From: Nitrososphaeria archaeon
GTDB lineage: Archaea > Thermoproteota > Nitrososphaeria > Geothermarchaeales > JDFR-13
Direction of reading: 5' to 3'
DNA length: 64,000 nucleotides
Assembly (NCBI GenBank): GCA_027078545.1
Contig: JALWXN010000004.1
Span: 800,001-864,000, forward strand
This document shows positions 49,387 to 58,132 of this stretch, piece after piece. The first letter of the stretch is position 1, and each line of letters opens with the position of its first letter. The notes under the pieces are model-generated. The model was given only the letters and a program-made list of their open reading frames with translations. It was not told the origin of the DNA and ran no database searches. The translations under genes and the position numbers were made by a program.

Positions 49387-50103
49387 GTGGAGCCCCTCAC
49401 CAACGCATTGATATTCGGCGCTATCGTCTCAGGCGTATCCCTAGTCGCCATATTATTGGTGAGGGCGCTCCGCCTAGACAGGATAGGTATAAAGTATCAG
49501 CTCGCACTAGCATCGGGAGTATTCATAGGCATAGCCTTCCTAGGAGCGTTACCCAGGATTGTAGAGACGGGGGACGAGGCATATGCACTCCCCGTATTCC
49601 TAGGCTTCATAGCCTTCTCACTCCTGGAGCTCTCGCTCGGCTACCATGAGCACCACCATATCGGGAGGAGCCACCTAGGCGTCATGAACCTAGCCAGCGA
49701 CCTGCTCCACAACTTCATCGACGGGATATTCATATATACAGCCTTCGCCATAGACTACGGCCTAGGCGTAACCATCTCACTCGCCACGGTGCTACACGAG
49801 GTGCCACAGGAGGTCAGCGACTTCATAATCCTGATAAACAGCGGCTTCAGCTATGGCAAGGCCGTCATCCTAAACCTGTCCGTATCACTATCCACCATAC
49901 TGGGCATACTTATCTTCAGCATGGTTGAGGTGGACACCTTGATGGTCCTAGGCTTCATAATGGGGAACTATCTTTACCTAGCCGCTGTAGACCTGATACC
50001 CGAGGTTTCGAGGGAGACCTCGGGATTGGAGAGGCTTAAGGCATACCTCTTCTTCGCCCTAGGGATAGCTGTTATCTATCTTCTCCACACCTATACCCAC
50101 TAG
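49387..50103 (+). CDS. ZIP family metal transporter
   Basis: HEHHH loop, HNFIDG, LHEVPQE, DLIPE. Confidence 0.92.
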   Translation: MEPLTNALIFGAIVSGVSLVAILLVRALRLDRIGIKYQLALASGVFIGIAFLGALPRIVETGDEAYALPVFLGFIAFSLLELSLGYHEHHHIGRSHLGVMNLASDLLHNFIDGIFIYTAFAIDYGLGVTISLATVLHEVPQEVSDFIILINSGFSYGKAVILNLSVSLSTILGILIFSMVEVDTLMVLGFIMGNYLYLAAVDLIPEVSRETSGLERLKAYLFFALGIAVIYLLHTYTH

Positions 50104-50717
50104 CCCTTCCTACGCCACAGGAACGCGATAGTAACGCTTGAAATCACTAGAAGGAGGACGATTGTAGGTAGATATTCAAGGATGTAGAACGGCCTACCTT
50201 TACCAGAATATTCTAGGACATCCTCATATGTAGTGGGAATTCCTGATAGATAGTCGTCGAAAAAGGTTACTCTAGCTATATCTACAGACTTTAGGCTTGT
50301 CCCAATATAAACTTCCAGCTTACCATTAGGGTTGTTTATTAGTTTTTCCCAGAAGTTGTCCTCAAGAACAGCTCCAACAACAATGGCCTCAGGTCTACCA
50401 TTTACAACCAGTACTACCGTAGGAGTCCCCGCCTGAAAGTCGTAGTCAGAGGCGAGCCTCTTCAAAAGGTTATTATTAACCTCCTCCTCTATCCAAAACC
50501 AAGTGAAGTTCATGTTGTTCTCAATAATGTAGTTGGCTAGGTCGTGACAGTGGGGACAAGGCCTCCATCCATAGACATACAGCGTGTAGTTATTCTCCAC
50601 TTCTAGACCACTTACTATTATAGTCGTACCTACCATTACATTACCTGCGAAGAGGCCAGAGAAGAGAAGTACAAGCAATACGTAACGATACCATATCTCA
50701 ACTTTCATTTCACACAC
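50100..50717 (-). CDS. extracellular thioredoxin/glutaredoxin-like protein with C-terminal TM anchor
   Basis: signal helix, CPHC, GTPT, C-terminal TM followed by WRRKG. Confidence 0.8.
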   Translation of the reverse strand: MCEMKVEIWYRYVLLVLLFSGLFAGNVMVGTTIIVSGLEVENNYTLYVYGWRPCPHCHDLANYIIENNMNFTWFWIEEEVNNNLLKRLASDYDFQAGTPTVVLVVNGRPEAIVVGAVLEDNFWEKLINNPNGKLEVYIGTSLKSVDIARVTFFDDYLSGIPTTYEDVLEYSGKGRPFYILEYLPTIVLLLVISSVTIAFLWRRKG

Positions 50718-50734
50718 CTATGGATTATGTTGGT

Positions 50735-50796
50735 GGGCTCAGGGTACCTCGATACGGCCATACTATTTTGGCCGGGCAGTTCGGTCATCATAGCCC
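50735..50796 (-). ncRNA. C/D-box methylation guide sRNA (predicted 23S rRNA targets)
   Basis: GGGCT-ATGATGA...CTGA-GCCC with terminal stem; guides ATCGAGGTA and CCGAACTGCCC complement conserved 23S segments; AAAGATTTATA promoter about 26 nt upstream. Confidence 0.85.
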
Positions 50797-50831
50797 TAAA
50801 ACCACCATATTCGACACGAACTATAAATCTT

Positions 50832-51161
50832 TTATCCATCTGAATAACCCCTCCTAGTCAGATATAGGGCGTAGAGGAGGAAGATTAGTAAGAGTATCAA
50901 GAGTGGTATGTGCTCAGTAGCTCTCTCAGCCACTTCACCCCTACTCGTCAAAATGGAGCGTGAAAGTCTTCCTATGTTAAAGGAGATAAGTATTATAAGT
51001 GGCCAGTGCGTCCCTCTGTTGAAGAGATATATTGACATTATGTAGAGGAACACTAATAAAATATTCTCATACTTGATGAAGAGTGGTATGGGTATGAAGG
51101 CCGTGACCAATATATATGAGGCAAGGACTAGTCCTGAGATTATGGCTAGTCCTTTGTCCAA
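50832..51161 (-). CDS. small membrane protein (4 TM)
   Basis: hydrophobic; overlaps the FTR1 stop. Confidence 0.65.
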   Translation of the reverse strand: MDKGLAIISGLVLASYILVTAFIPIPLFIKYENILLVFLYIMSIYLFNRGTHWPLIILISFNIGRLSRSILTSRGEVAERATEHIPLLILLLIFLLYALYLTRRGYSDG

Positions 51162-51970
51162 ACCACTCCCCTCAAATAAAGGTATATAGCCGTAACTAGG
51201 TATCCAAACTGGAGAATAACCCTTCCGACCTCCATCTTGGAGGAATATCCAATCAGGGCTGACAAGACTCCTCCTATTACATTCTTCTCACTCATGGGGT
51301 GGTCACTTGGAAGGTTGAGGTTATACACATAGGTTCCGAAGGGATCCACAGCCACCCCATTCTCCTCCATATACTCAATAGTCTCATGTACAGCATAGCC
51401 CAGTATACCGGAGGCTATAAATATAATCATTATCGAGGTGACTACGAACATCTTTTTCAGAGGCAGCCTTATCTCCAATACATAGATTAAGAAGGCTATA
51501 AAGACTGCTAAAAGTATTCCCCCGAGTAGACCTATAATATTCTCCACGGGAGTGTACTGACCTAGGAAAGGTATCATAAACAGAACCATTTCCACGCCTT
51601 CCCTAAATGTTACGATGAAGCCGATAACTAGTAGTGCGGTAGGCCTGTAGAGATTCATTGCTACTTTTTCTCTAAGTTCTGAAACCAGAGTCTTAGCGCT
51701 TCTACCCATGTGATACACGACGTAGGTAAGGACTACAACAGCTAGGTATGACCCTGCAATCTCGAATATTGCCTTATAAGCAGTTAGCTCGTACAAGGTG
51801 TAAACACCTATTCCAAGGAGTAGACTTGTAATAACCGCTAACCCTACACCCATAAAAATGTGTTTATTGTTCTGCCTCATCCCTAGCTTGTACAAAGCAC
51901 CTGTCAGGACAGCTACGATGAGGACTACCTCTAAGGCCTCCCTGAAGCTAATTATGAACTGTGGGATCAA
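51146..51970 (-). CDS. FTR1 family iron permease
   Basis: two REXXE motifs (REALE, REGVE), 7 TM. Confidence 0.92.
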   Translation of the reverse strand: MIPQFIISFREALEVVLIVAVLTGALYKLGMRQNNKHIFMGVGLAVITSLLLGIGVYTLYELTAYKAIFEIAGSYLAVVVLTYVVYHMGRSAKTLVSELREKVAMNLYRPTALLVIGFIVTFREGVEMVLFMIPFLGQYTPVENIIGLLGGILLAVFIAFLIYVLEIRLPLKKMFVVTSIMIIFIASGILGYAVHETIEYMEENGVAVDPFGTYVYNLNLPSDHPMSEKNVIGGVLSALIGYSSKMEVGRVILQFGYLVTAIYLYLRGVVWTKD

Positions 51971-51985
51971 TCCCCTACCCCTCCG

Positions 51986-52004
51986 ATTATAACACTGTTA
52001 TAAT
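51986..52004. promoter_or_regulatory. palindromic operator ATTATAAC-ACT-GTTATAAT upstream of FTR1
   Basis: perfect 8-bp inverted repeat between the TATA-like TTTAAA and the RBS. Confidence 0.6.
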
Positions 52005-52052
52005 GGATTCTCCTCAGGCGTTTTAAAGCCCCCGTATATATAATCTTAAGCT

Positions 52053-52937
52053 CTATAGGAATCCACTCAGGACGACCAGGGTAACCCCCAGGGTGATGGT
52101 GGCGTTGGCCATGATGACGGGCCCGGTTATCTCTTCATACCTCCTGTTTATCAGGTAGGAGAGTAGGAGTACCTGTAGAGGCATCGTGCTGAATATCGGT
52201 GATAATACGGTCACCCCAATGAATAGGAGGGCTAGGTATCTAAATAGCTGGCCGAGATTCACAGTTATGCCCGAGACGATATAGTAGGTTATGACCTCCC
52301 GTGAGGCCCTCTCCATCCTGTCTCGGTGGACGTGGAATGATATCAGGGTTGGGAGTGATGCGAGGTATGATATGAAGAGCCCGGCATATGGATATGGATA
52401 GTTGGTGAGCCCATATCTCACCAGGTTTGTAGATACTGCGAACACAACTGTGGAAAGGAGGCCGATCACTATGCCCCTAAGATACCCAACATTCTCGAGA
52501 TGGGTATATGCCAGGAGGAGTACACCGGCTGTAGAGATGATTATTCCTAGGCCCTTCACTAGGTTCACCGTCTCCCCCAGGATGAAGACGGCTATGAGTA
52601 TGGCGGAGATCTGGGTCAGGGTGACCACGGGGGTTGCTGATGTAGCCCCGGTTAGCTGGATAGCCTTGTAGTAGAGGTACCTGCCAAGGATGAAGTGTAG
52701 GAGGCCGGCGGCTGTGAATACTGCTAGGAAGCCGGGATCAGGGCTTAGGAGGACCCCCAACTCACCAGCCAGTAGCGTAGCCACTAGGAACATTGGTATC
52801 CCGAAGAGGGTGGCATAGGCCACGGCCTCGAATACATGGCCCTCTACGACCCCTCTCCGGGTAATAACAGTATTAAGGGTGAAGAAGAGGGATGATGCGA
52901 AGCCTAGTCCTATACCCAGTGCATACCCCTCCAGCAA
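52053..52937 (-). CDS. DMT/EamA family transporter
   Basis: 10 TM in two repeats, GRYLYYKAI, FILGE. Confidence 0.9.
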   Translation of the reverse strand: MLEGYALGIGLGFASSLFFTLNTVITRRGVVEGHVFEAVAYATLFGIPMFLVATLLAGELGVLLSPDPGFLAVFTAAGLLHFILGRYLYYKAIQLTGATSATPVVTLTQISAILIAVFILGETVNLVKGLGIIISTAGVLLLAYTHLENVGYLRGIVIGLLSTVVFAVSTNLVRYGLTNYPYPYAGLFISYLASLPTLISFHVHRDRMERASREVITYYIVSGITVNLGQLFRYLALLFIGVTVLSPIFSTMPLQVLLLSYLINRRYEEITGPVIMANATITLGVTLVVLSGFL

Positions 52938-53027
52938 GCCTCTCCCACCCTAGAGGCATAGAGGTTTAGCTGGTTATCCTATATATATTGAATACCCTAA
53001 TCTAGGTGTAGCCCCACACATGGACCA

Positions 53028-55553
53028 GTGGTCGAGATGACTCGGGAGTGGAGGAGGATCCCGCTATTACTCATCCCCATCCTACTATCCCTCTATCCAT
53101 ACTATGGCTATAGGACGCTCCTCCACTCCCTGATACCGGGAGCCGACCCGATATGGAGGATATTCGAGTCGAACCTCTGGCCGAGCCCCTCACCCATAGA
53201 GCTCGTCCTTTTCAAGTCTATAGACCCGGCCATAGTCTATGCATTATCGGGAGCCCTCGTCTCATACGCCCTCATCCGGGGCCTAGACACCAGGCTACTC
53301 CCGGGCTACAGCCTACTATTTCTCTTGGGAGACCCCCTGACACCCCTACTACACACAGCCATGAGCCTTGGCAGGCCCGCCTATATACTCGGCCTGGCAG
53401 GCCTCATGATACACAGCCCCATAGCCGTATTAGGCCTAGCCCTACTGGGCATACTCCCTAGGAGGGCTCTAATTCCTTCACTAGCCTCGATAGCACTCCA
53501 ATACGAGAGGTACTACACAGCTCTCGTAAACCCAACTCCAGAGAGTATAGTACTGGGTATCCTAGTAGTGACACTCCTCCTCTACATTGATAGGAGACCT
53601 GGGCCATGGCTACTAACACCCATATTCCCAGAGGCCTCCATAGCCTATAGAGCGGGTGGGGAGCGGGAGAGAGCCGCCCCGATACTCATAGCGATAATCA
53701 TCACGGGCCTACTCCTTATACAGCTCCCAATAAACCCCGGCCTGAACGGGGGGCTCGACGAGTTTATAGCCAGCAGTATAAGGGACGACGCAGTCCTACT
53801 CCTAAGCGACGACCCCACCATAGTAGCTACACTACAGGCTATGGGGATATACACCTACCTATATGGAGACGCGATGGACTGGAACTGGAGCGACCGGGGG
53901 GAGATAGAGGATAGGCTCTGGGACGCTATATGGACCATGATGAGGCTTGGATACCGATACATAGTCCTGGAGAAGCCAGAGGAGCTGGCCTACTGGGTAA
54001 GCCCGGCACACTTCAACGAGTATAAATACCCGGTGAGGGAGGAGACCACCCGCTACATAATAGTGCTCGAGAGGAGAGGGCTACCAGGAGGGGCTCCCCA
54101 CTACATGGTGACCGACTTCACACCACTGACTAATTTAGAAGGGCTCTACGACTGGACATGGAGCAACGTATCAATAGAGGTAGAGGTATCAAGGGAATGG
54201 ATCACCATATCCTCGGACAAGGCCTATGAGGCCTATATCCACCTAAACAACGTGTCTAGCTACTCAGGACTCGTATTCATGGCTGAGGACGGGCTGATCG
54301 AGAGTATCGAGATATACAGTCTCGAGGATGGAGTATTAAACAGCCTCTGGGAGTCGGGCAGACTATTACCAGGCATAGTCGTACCCGTGGAGCTAGACCT
54401 ATCCGGTGTAGAGACCCTGGTATTCAAGGTGGAGGCCAAGGGGGATAGATCCATCAAGCTAGGGCTCTACGGTGGCGGGGAGCTCCTTGAGGTGGTTAGG
54501 GAGGGCGGCATAGTCAGGGTTATGCCCAACGATGGGCTGAGGGAGGTGAGATATAGACCAATCGATGGATCACCGGAAGGTGGGGGGAAGCTAGGCCTAA
54601 ATATCCAGCTACTCAGCCTAATCCTGGGGATCGCCGCGACGTTCATACCTATAGAGAGGCATTACAGCCTAGGATCTCCACTAAAGCTGGACACTAGGGA
54701 GCTCATGCTATTCATAGTCCTTGGCCCAGCCCTACTCTACATAGCCATCCCCGATATGTTAGAGGTGAGCTGGATAGGTGCTGGGGTATTCGTGATAGCC
54801 CTGACGATGTATATCCTCAACTATATTGATGAGGAGGGCCTTGGCGAGACTGGACACACCACTATACTGGCGCTGATGCCCCTGGCAGCCCTACTCACAT
54901 ACCTGGTTAAGCTCCTATATGGAGACGTCTTCGACCTGATAGGGGATTTCTGGAGGAACAGGGCTTTATACGCCACGATCGACGCTGGGATATACTCAGC
55001 ATTCCTAACGCTCACAGCCATATACATAGGTGGCTGGAGAATGCGTATACTAGCCCCTGGGCTATACCTAGGTCTCAGCACAGTGGCATTCATAACCGAT
55101 CTCTCGAGGACTTCAAACCCTGTCCTACAGGCGGTTCTCGAGGCCAATGTATACCTGGTCGACCTAACGATGGAGCTACTAGGCTACAGGGTGGAATACG
55201 TCTATACACCGCTGGGATACCCCCTATACCTCTTCGAAGGCACGAGGCTCCTGACAATAGTTATCCTGGCATGGCCCTGCGCAGGAGTTACCGGCCTATT
55301 CCTCTTCACCGGCTACGTATCAACACTGAGAGACATATACCTCAGGAGTGAGGAGCCCATATCCCGACTAGCCGTGGCAGCAGGCCTCCTAGGCACCTTC
55401 CTACTCAACATAGCCAGGGTGGATGCGATCCTCCTACTACAGGTGTTCTATGGAGTAGATGCTGCAGAGCTCTTCCACAGCACTGCCTACGAGTTCATAT
55501 TCCTAGCCTGGCTAGGCATCTACTGGTTGATATATAGGGTTTCGAGGCGCTAG
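53028..55553 (+). CDS. large membrane protein with C-terminal exosortase/archaeosortase domain
   Basis: WPCAG (Cys), NIARV (Arg), FH (His) triad in the C-terminal TM bundle. Confidence 0.8.
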   Translation: MVEMTREWRRIPLLLIPILLSLYPYYGYRTLLHSLIPGADPIWRIFESNLWPSPSPIELVLFKSIDPAIVYALSGALVSYALIRGLDTRLLPGYSLLFLLGDPLTPLLHTAMSLGRPAYILGLAGLMIHSPIAVLGLALLGILPRRALIPSLASIALQYERYYTALVNPTPESIVLGILVVTLLLYIDRRPGPWLLTPIFPEASIAYRAGGERERAAPILIAIIITGLLLIQLPINPGLNGGLDEFIASSIRDDAVLLLSDDPTIVATLQAMGIYTYLYGDAMDWNWSDRGEIEDRLWDAIWTMMRLGYRYIVLEKPEELAYWVSPAHFNEYKYPVREETTRYIIVLERRGLPGGAPHYMVTDFTPLTNLEGLYDWTWSNVSIEVEVSREWITISSDKAYEAYIHLNNVSSYSGLVFMAEDGLIESIEIYSLEDGVLNSLWESGRLLPGIVVPVELDLSGVETLVFKVEAKGDRSIKLGLYGGGELLEVVREGGIVRVMPNDGLREVRYRPIDGSPEGGGKLGLNIQLLSLILGIAATFIPIERHYSLGSPLKLDTRELMLFIVLGPALLYIAIPDMLEVSWIGAGVFVIALTMYILNYIDEEGLGETGHTTILALMPLAALLTYLVKLLYGDVFDLIGDFWRNRALYATIDAGIYSAFLTLTAIYIGGWRMRILAPGLYLGLSTVAFITDLSRTSNPVLQAVLEANVYLVDLTMELLGYRVEYVYTPLGYPLYLFEGTRLLTIVILAWPCAGVTGLFLFTGYVSTLRDIYLRSEEPISRLAVAAGLLGTFLLNIARVDAILLLQVFYGVDAAELFHSTAYEFIFLAWLGIYWLIYRVSRR

Positions 55554-56068
55554 CCAACTATGATTGTGTAGACCAGGTAGAAGACTATAGTCGAGACGAG
55601 TGTGGATATCGCCACTAGCCAGATGGGGGAGATCCTAGCCGACTTGATTATCCTACCACGGGGACGGACAGGGATCCTCCGCCTCTCCACATCCCTAAAC
55701 TCCCTACCCCATGAGATCTGCTCAGCCTGCCTAGAGGGCTGTGGAACGGTCACGGTGAAGGGCTCTATACATGGAGCCTTCTCAAGCTCGGCCCTCAGCT
55801 GATCCATATACCTATAGACGGTTGGGAATCGGCTCCTAGTCACAACCCTCCCGAGATCCTCCTTGTGACAGGCAAGCCTATCAAGGAGCCCCCTAAGCCT
55901 AAGACTCTCGAAAAACGTTGGGACTAGGGAGGGATCCTCCTCCTCAACCATCTCGATAGCGGTGTCCAGCTTTATGAGGAAGCCGTCGAGGCTATAGGTC
56001 AGCTCATGTGCCTGCCTAATATACTCGATAGCCTCCTCCAGCCTGGATCCCTCCATCAGTCTCCACAC
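55550..56068 (-). CDS. hypothetical tail-anchored protein
   Basis: helical soluble domain with a single C-terminal TM. Confidence 0.6.
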   Translation of the reverse strand: MWRLMEGSRLEEAIEYIRQAHELTYSLDGFLIKLDTAIEMVEEEDPSLVPTFFESLRLRGLLDRLACHKEDLGRVVTRSRFPTVYRYMDQLRAELEKAPCIEPFTVTVPQPSRQAEQISWGREFRDVERRRIPVRPRGRIIKSARISPIWLVAISTLVSTIVFYLVYTIIVG

Positions 56069-56298
56069 CTCAATAATTAGTGTCCATTATATACTGCCGT
56101 CCCTACGTATATAAACCATCGTATATCTTCTCAGACTGATGGGGAAGACGAGATAAATAATGGTTAATCACAGACCATACCATAAACAGATCCATATCCA
56201 CCCTAAAACCCTTCATGGAACGGTTCGGAGGGTTTATATAGTATATGTATCCATCAAATTGAGACTGGGGCCTCAGAGCCCAAGACGGTGCCCAACAC

Positions 56299-57291
56299 AT
56301 GGAGAAAGCTATAGTCGTGAAAAACCTGAGGAAGGTATATGAAGGAGAGGTAGTAGCGGTAGATGACGTATCCTTCGAGGTGGAGAGGGGAGAGATATTC
56401 GGCTTCCTAGGCCCAAACGGGGCGGGTAAGACGACGACCATAAACATCCTAACAACCCTAGTCCCACCCACCTCTGGCGAGGCCTACGTAGGCGACCATA
56501 AGGTGGGGGAGGAGGACGAGGAGATACGTAGGATTATAGGCCTCGTCCCCCAGGAGCTCACGGCGGACGACGAGTTGACGGGCTGGGAGAACATCTACCT
56601 CCAGGGGAGCCTCTACGGTATGTCGAGGAGCGAGATCAGGAGTGAGGCTAGGGAGCTCCTACAGATGGTTGGGCTGGAGGAGGCTGCAGATAGGCTCGTC
56701 AGGACCTATAGCGGGGGGATGAGGAGGCGTCTAGAGCTGGTTATGGGGCTTATCCATAAGCCGGAGATACTCTTCCTTGACGAGCCAACCCTAGGCCTAG
56801 ATGTACAGACCAGGGCCCACCTATGGGACCATATCAGGAGGGTACGCAGCGAGTATGACATGACGATCTTCATGACTACACACTATATGGATGAGGCGGA
56901 TAAGCTATGCGACAGGATAGCCATTATAGACCATGGAAGGATAAAGGCTATAGGCACGCCCGACGAGCTTAAACGCATGGTGGAGGGCGACCTAGTCATA
57001 GTGAGGACTGTGGACGGCCCACCCATAGATGTCAGGCTAGACGGGGTACCAGGCCTGAAGGACTACACCATAGACGGCACGGAGATAAGGATACGGGTGG
57101 AGGAGGGTGAGAGGGCAACCCCAGCCATCATCGAGAGCCTAGTCTCCAGGGGCTACCAGATACGGAGCGTCGAACTGGTCAGGCCAAGCCTGGAGCAGGT
57201 ATTCCTGACACTCACAGGGAGGAGTATCAGGGAGGAGGAGGCCCTCGACACGATAAGCTACCGTGTCATGATGAGAAGGAGGAGGGGATAG
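56299..57291 (+). CDS. ABC exporter ATP-binding protein (DrrA-like)
   Basis: GPNGAGKTT, YSGGM, LDEPT, TTHY, PSLEQVFLTLTG. Confidence 0.95.
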   Translation: MEKAIVVKNLRKVYEGEVVAVDDVSFEVERGEIFGFLGPNGAGKTTTINILTTLVPPTSGEAYVGDHKVGEEDEEIRRIIGLVPQELTADDELTGWENIYLQGSLYGMSRSEIRSEARELLQMVGLEEAADRLVRTYSGGMRRRLELVMGLIHKPEILFLDEPTLGLDVQTRAHLWDHIRRVRSEYDMTIFMTTHYMDEADKLCDRIAIIDHGRIKAIGTPDELKRMVEGDLVIVRTVDGPPIDVRLDGVPGLKDYTIDGTEIRIRVEEGERATPAIIESLVSRGYQIRSVELVRPSLEQVFLTLTGRSIREEEALDTISYRVMMRRRRG

Positions 57292-57293
57292 AT

Positions 57294-58127
57294 ATGAGCG
57301 GCGCATTATGGGCATTGACGGAGAGGGAGATCAAGAAGTGGTATAGGAGGAGGATAGCCATAGTCTTCACATTCATAACCCCACTCATGTGGCTAGCACT
57401 CTTCGGGAAGTCCTTCAACCTACTGAGCCTATTCAGAGCCCCCGACGACCTCCCACCCGAGATCGTTAGGACTGTCCAGGAGGTTATAGACTCCATAATT
57501 ACCCGGGCCTTCGGGACCACCGACTACTTCACCTACGTAGCTACAGGCATGTTCACAGTCTTCATACTATTCACCTCGATGTTCAGCGGGATGAGCCTGA
57601 TATTCGATAGGAGGCTAGGCTTCCTAAACAGGCTCCTCGTATCACCAGTCAAGAGGGAGACGATCTATCTAAGCAGGGTACTGGCAACAGTTATACGGAG
57701 CATACTACAGTTCACAGGGCTATTCATAATAGCGATAGCCCTAGGGATAAACCTCGGCCCGGGAGTGGGGCCCCTACATATATTCCTAACCTATCTAAAC
57801 CTAGCACTGGTAGCGTACATCTTCAGCAGCATATTCATCTCGATGATGCTCAGGGTGACGGAGCATGACACAGCCATCTCAATGGCGAACCTACTCAACC
57901 TCCCACTGATGTTCGCGAGTAACAGTATCTTCCCAGAGGAGCAGATGCCCAGCTGGCTCAAGACTGTAGCCCTGCTAAACCCCATCTCCCATAGCAACGA
58001 GGTGGTTAGAACACTCCTGATCAGGGGCAGCCTAGAGATACCAGTGACAAGCCTGGCCTACCTACTCGGCCTAGCACTAGTATCCACGGTGATGGGCCTC
58101 TATCTAAGCAGGAGATACCTGAGGTAA
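57294..58127 (+). CDS. ABC-2 type permease (DrrB-like)
   Basis: DRRLGFLNRLLVSP, MPSWL, LNPISH. Confidence 0.92.
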   Translation: MSGALWALTEREIKKWYRRRIAIVFTFITPLMWLALFGKSFNLLSLFRAPDDLPPEIVRTVQEVIDSIITRAFGTTDYFTYVATGMFTVFILFTSMFSGMSLIFDRRLGFLNRLLVSPVKRETIYLSRVLATVIRSILQFTGLFIIAIALGINLGPGVGPLHIFLTYLNLALVAYIFSSIFISMMLRVTEHDTAISMANLLNLPLMFASNSIFPEEQMPSWLKTVALLNPISHSNEVVRTLLIRGSLEIPVTSLAYLLGLALVSTVMGLYLSRRYLR

Positions 58128-58132
58128 GGGGC

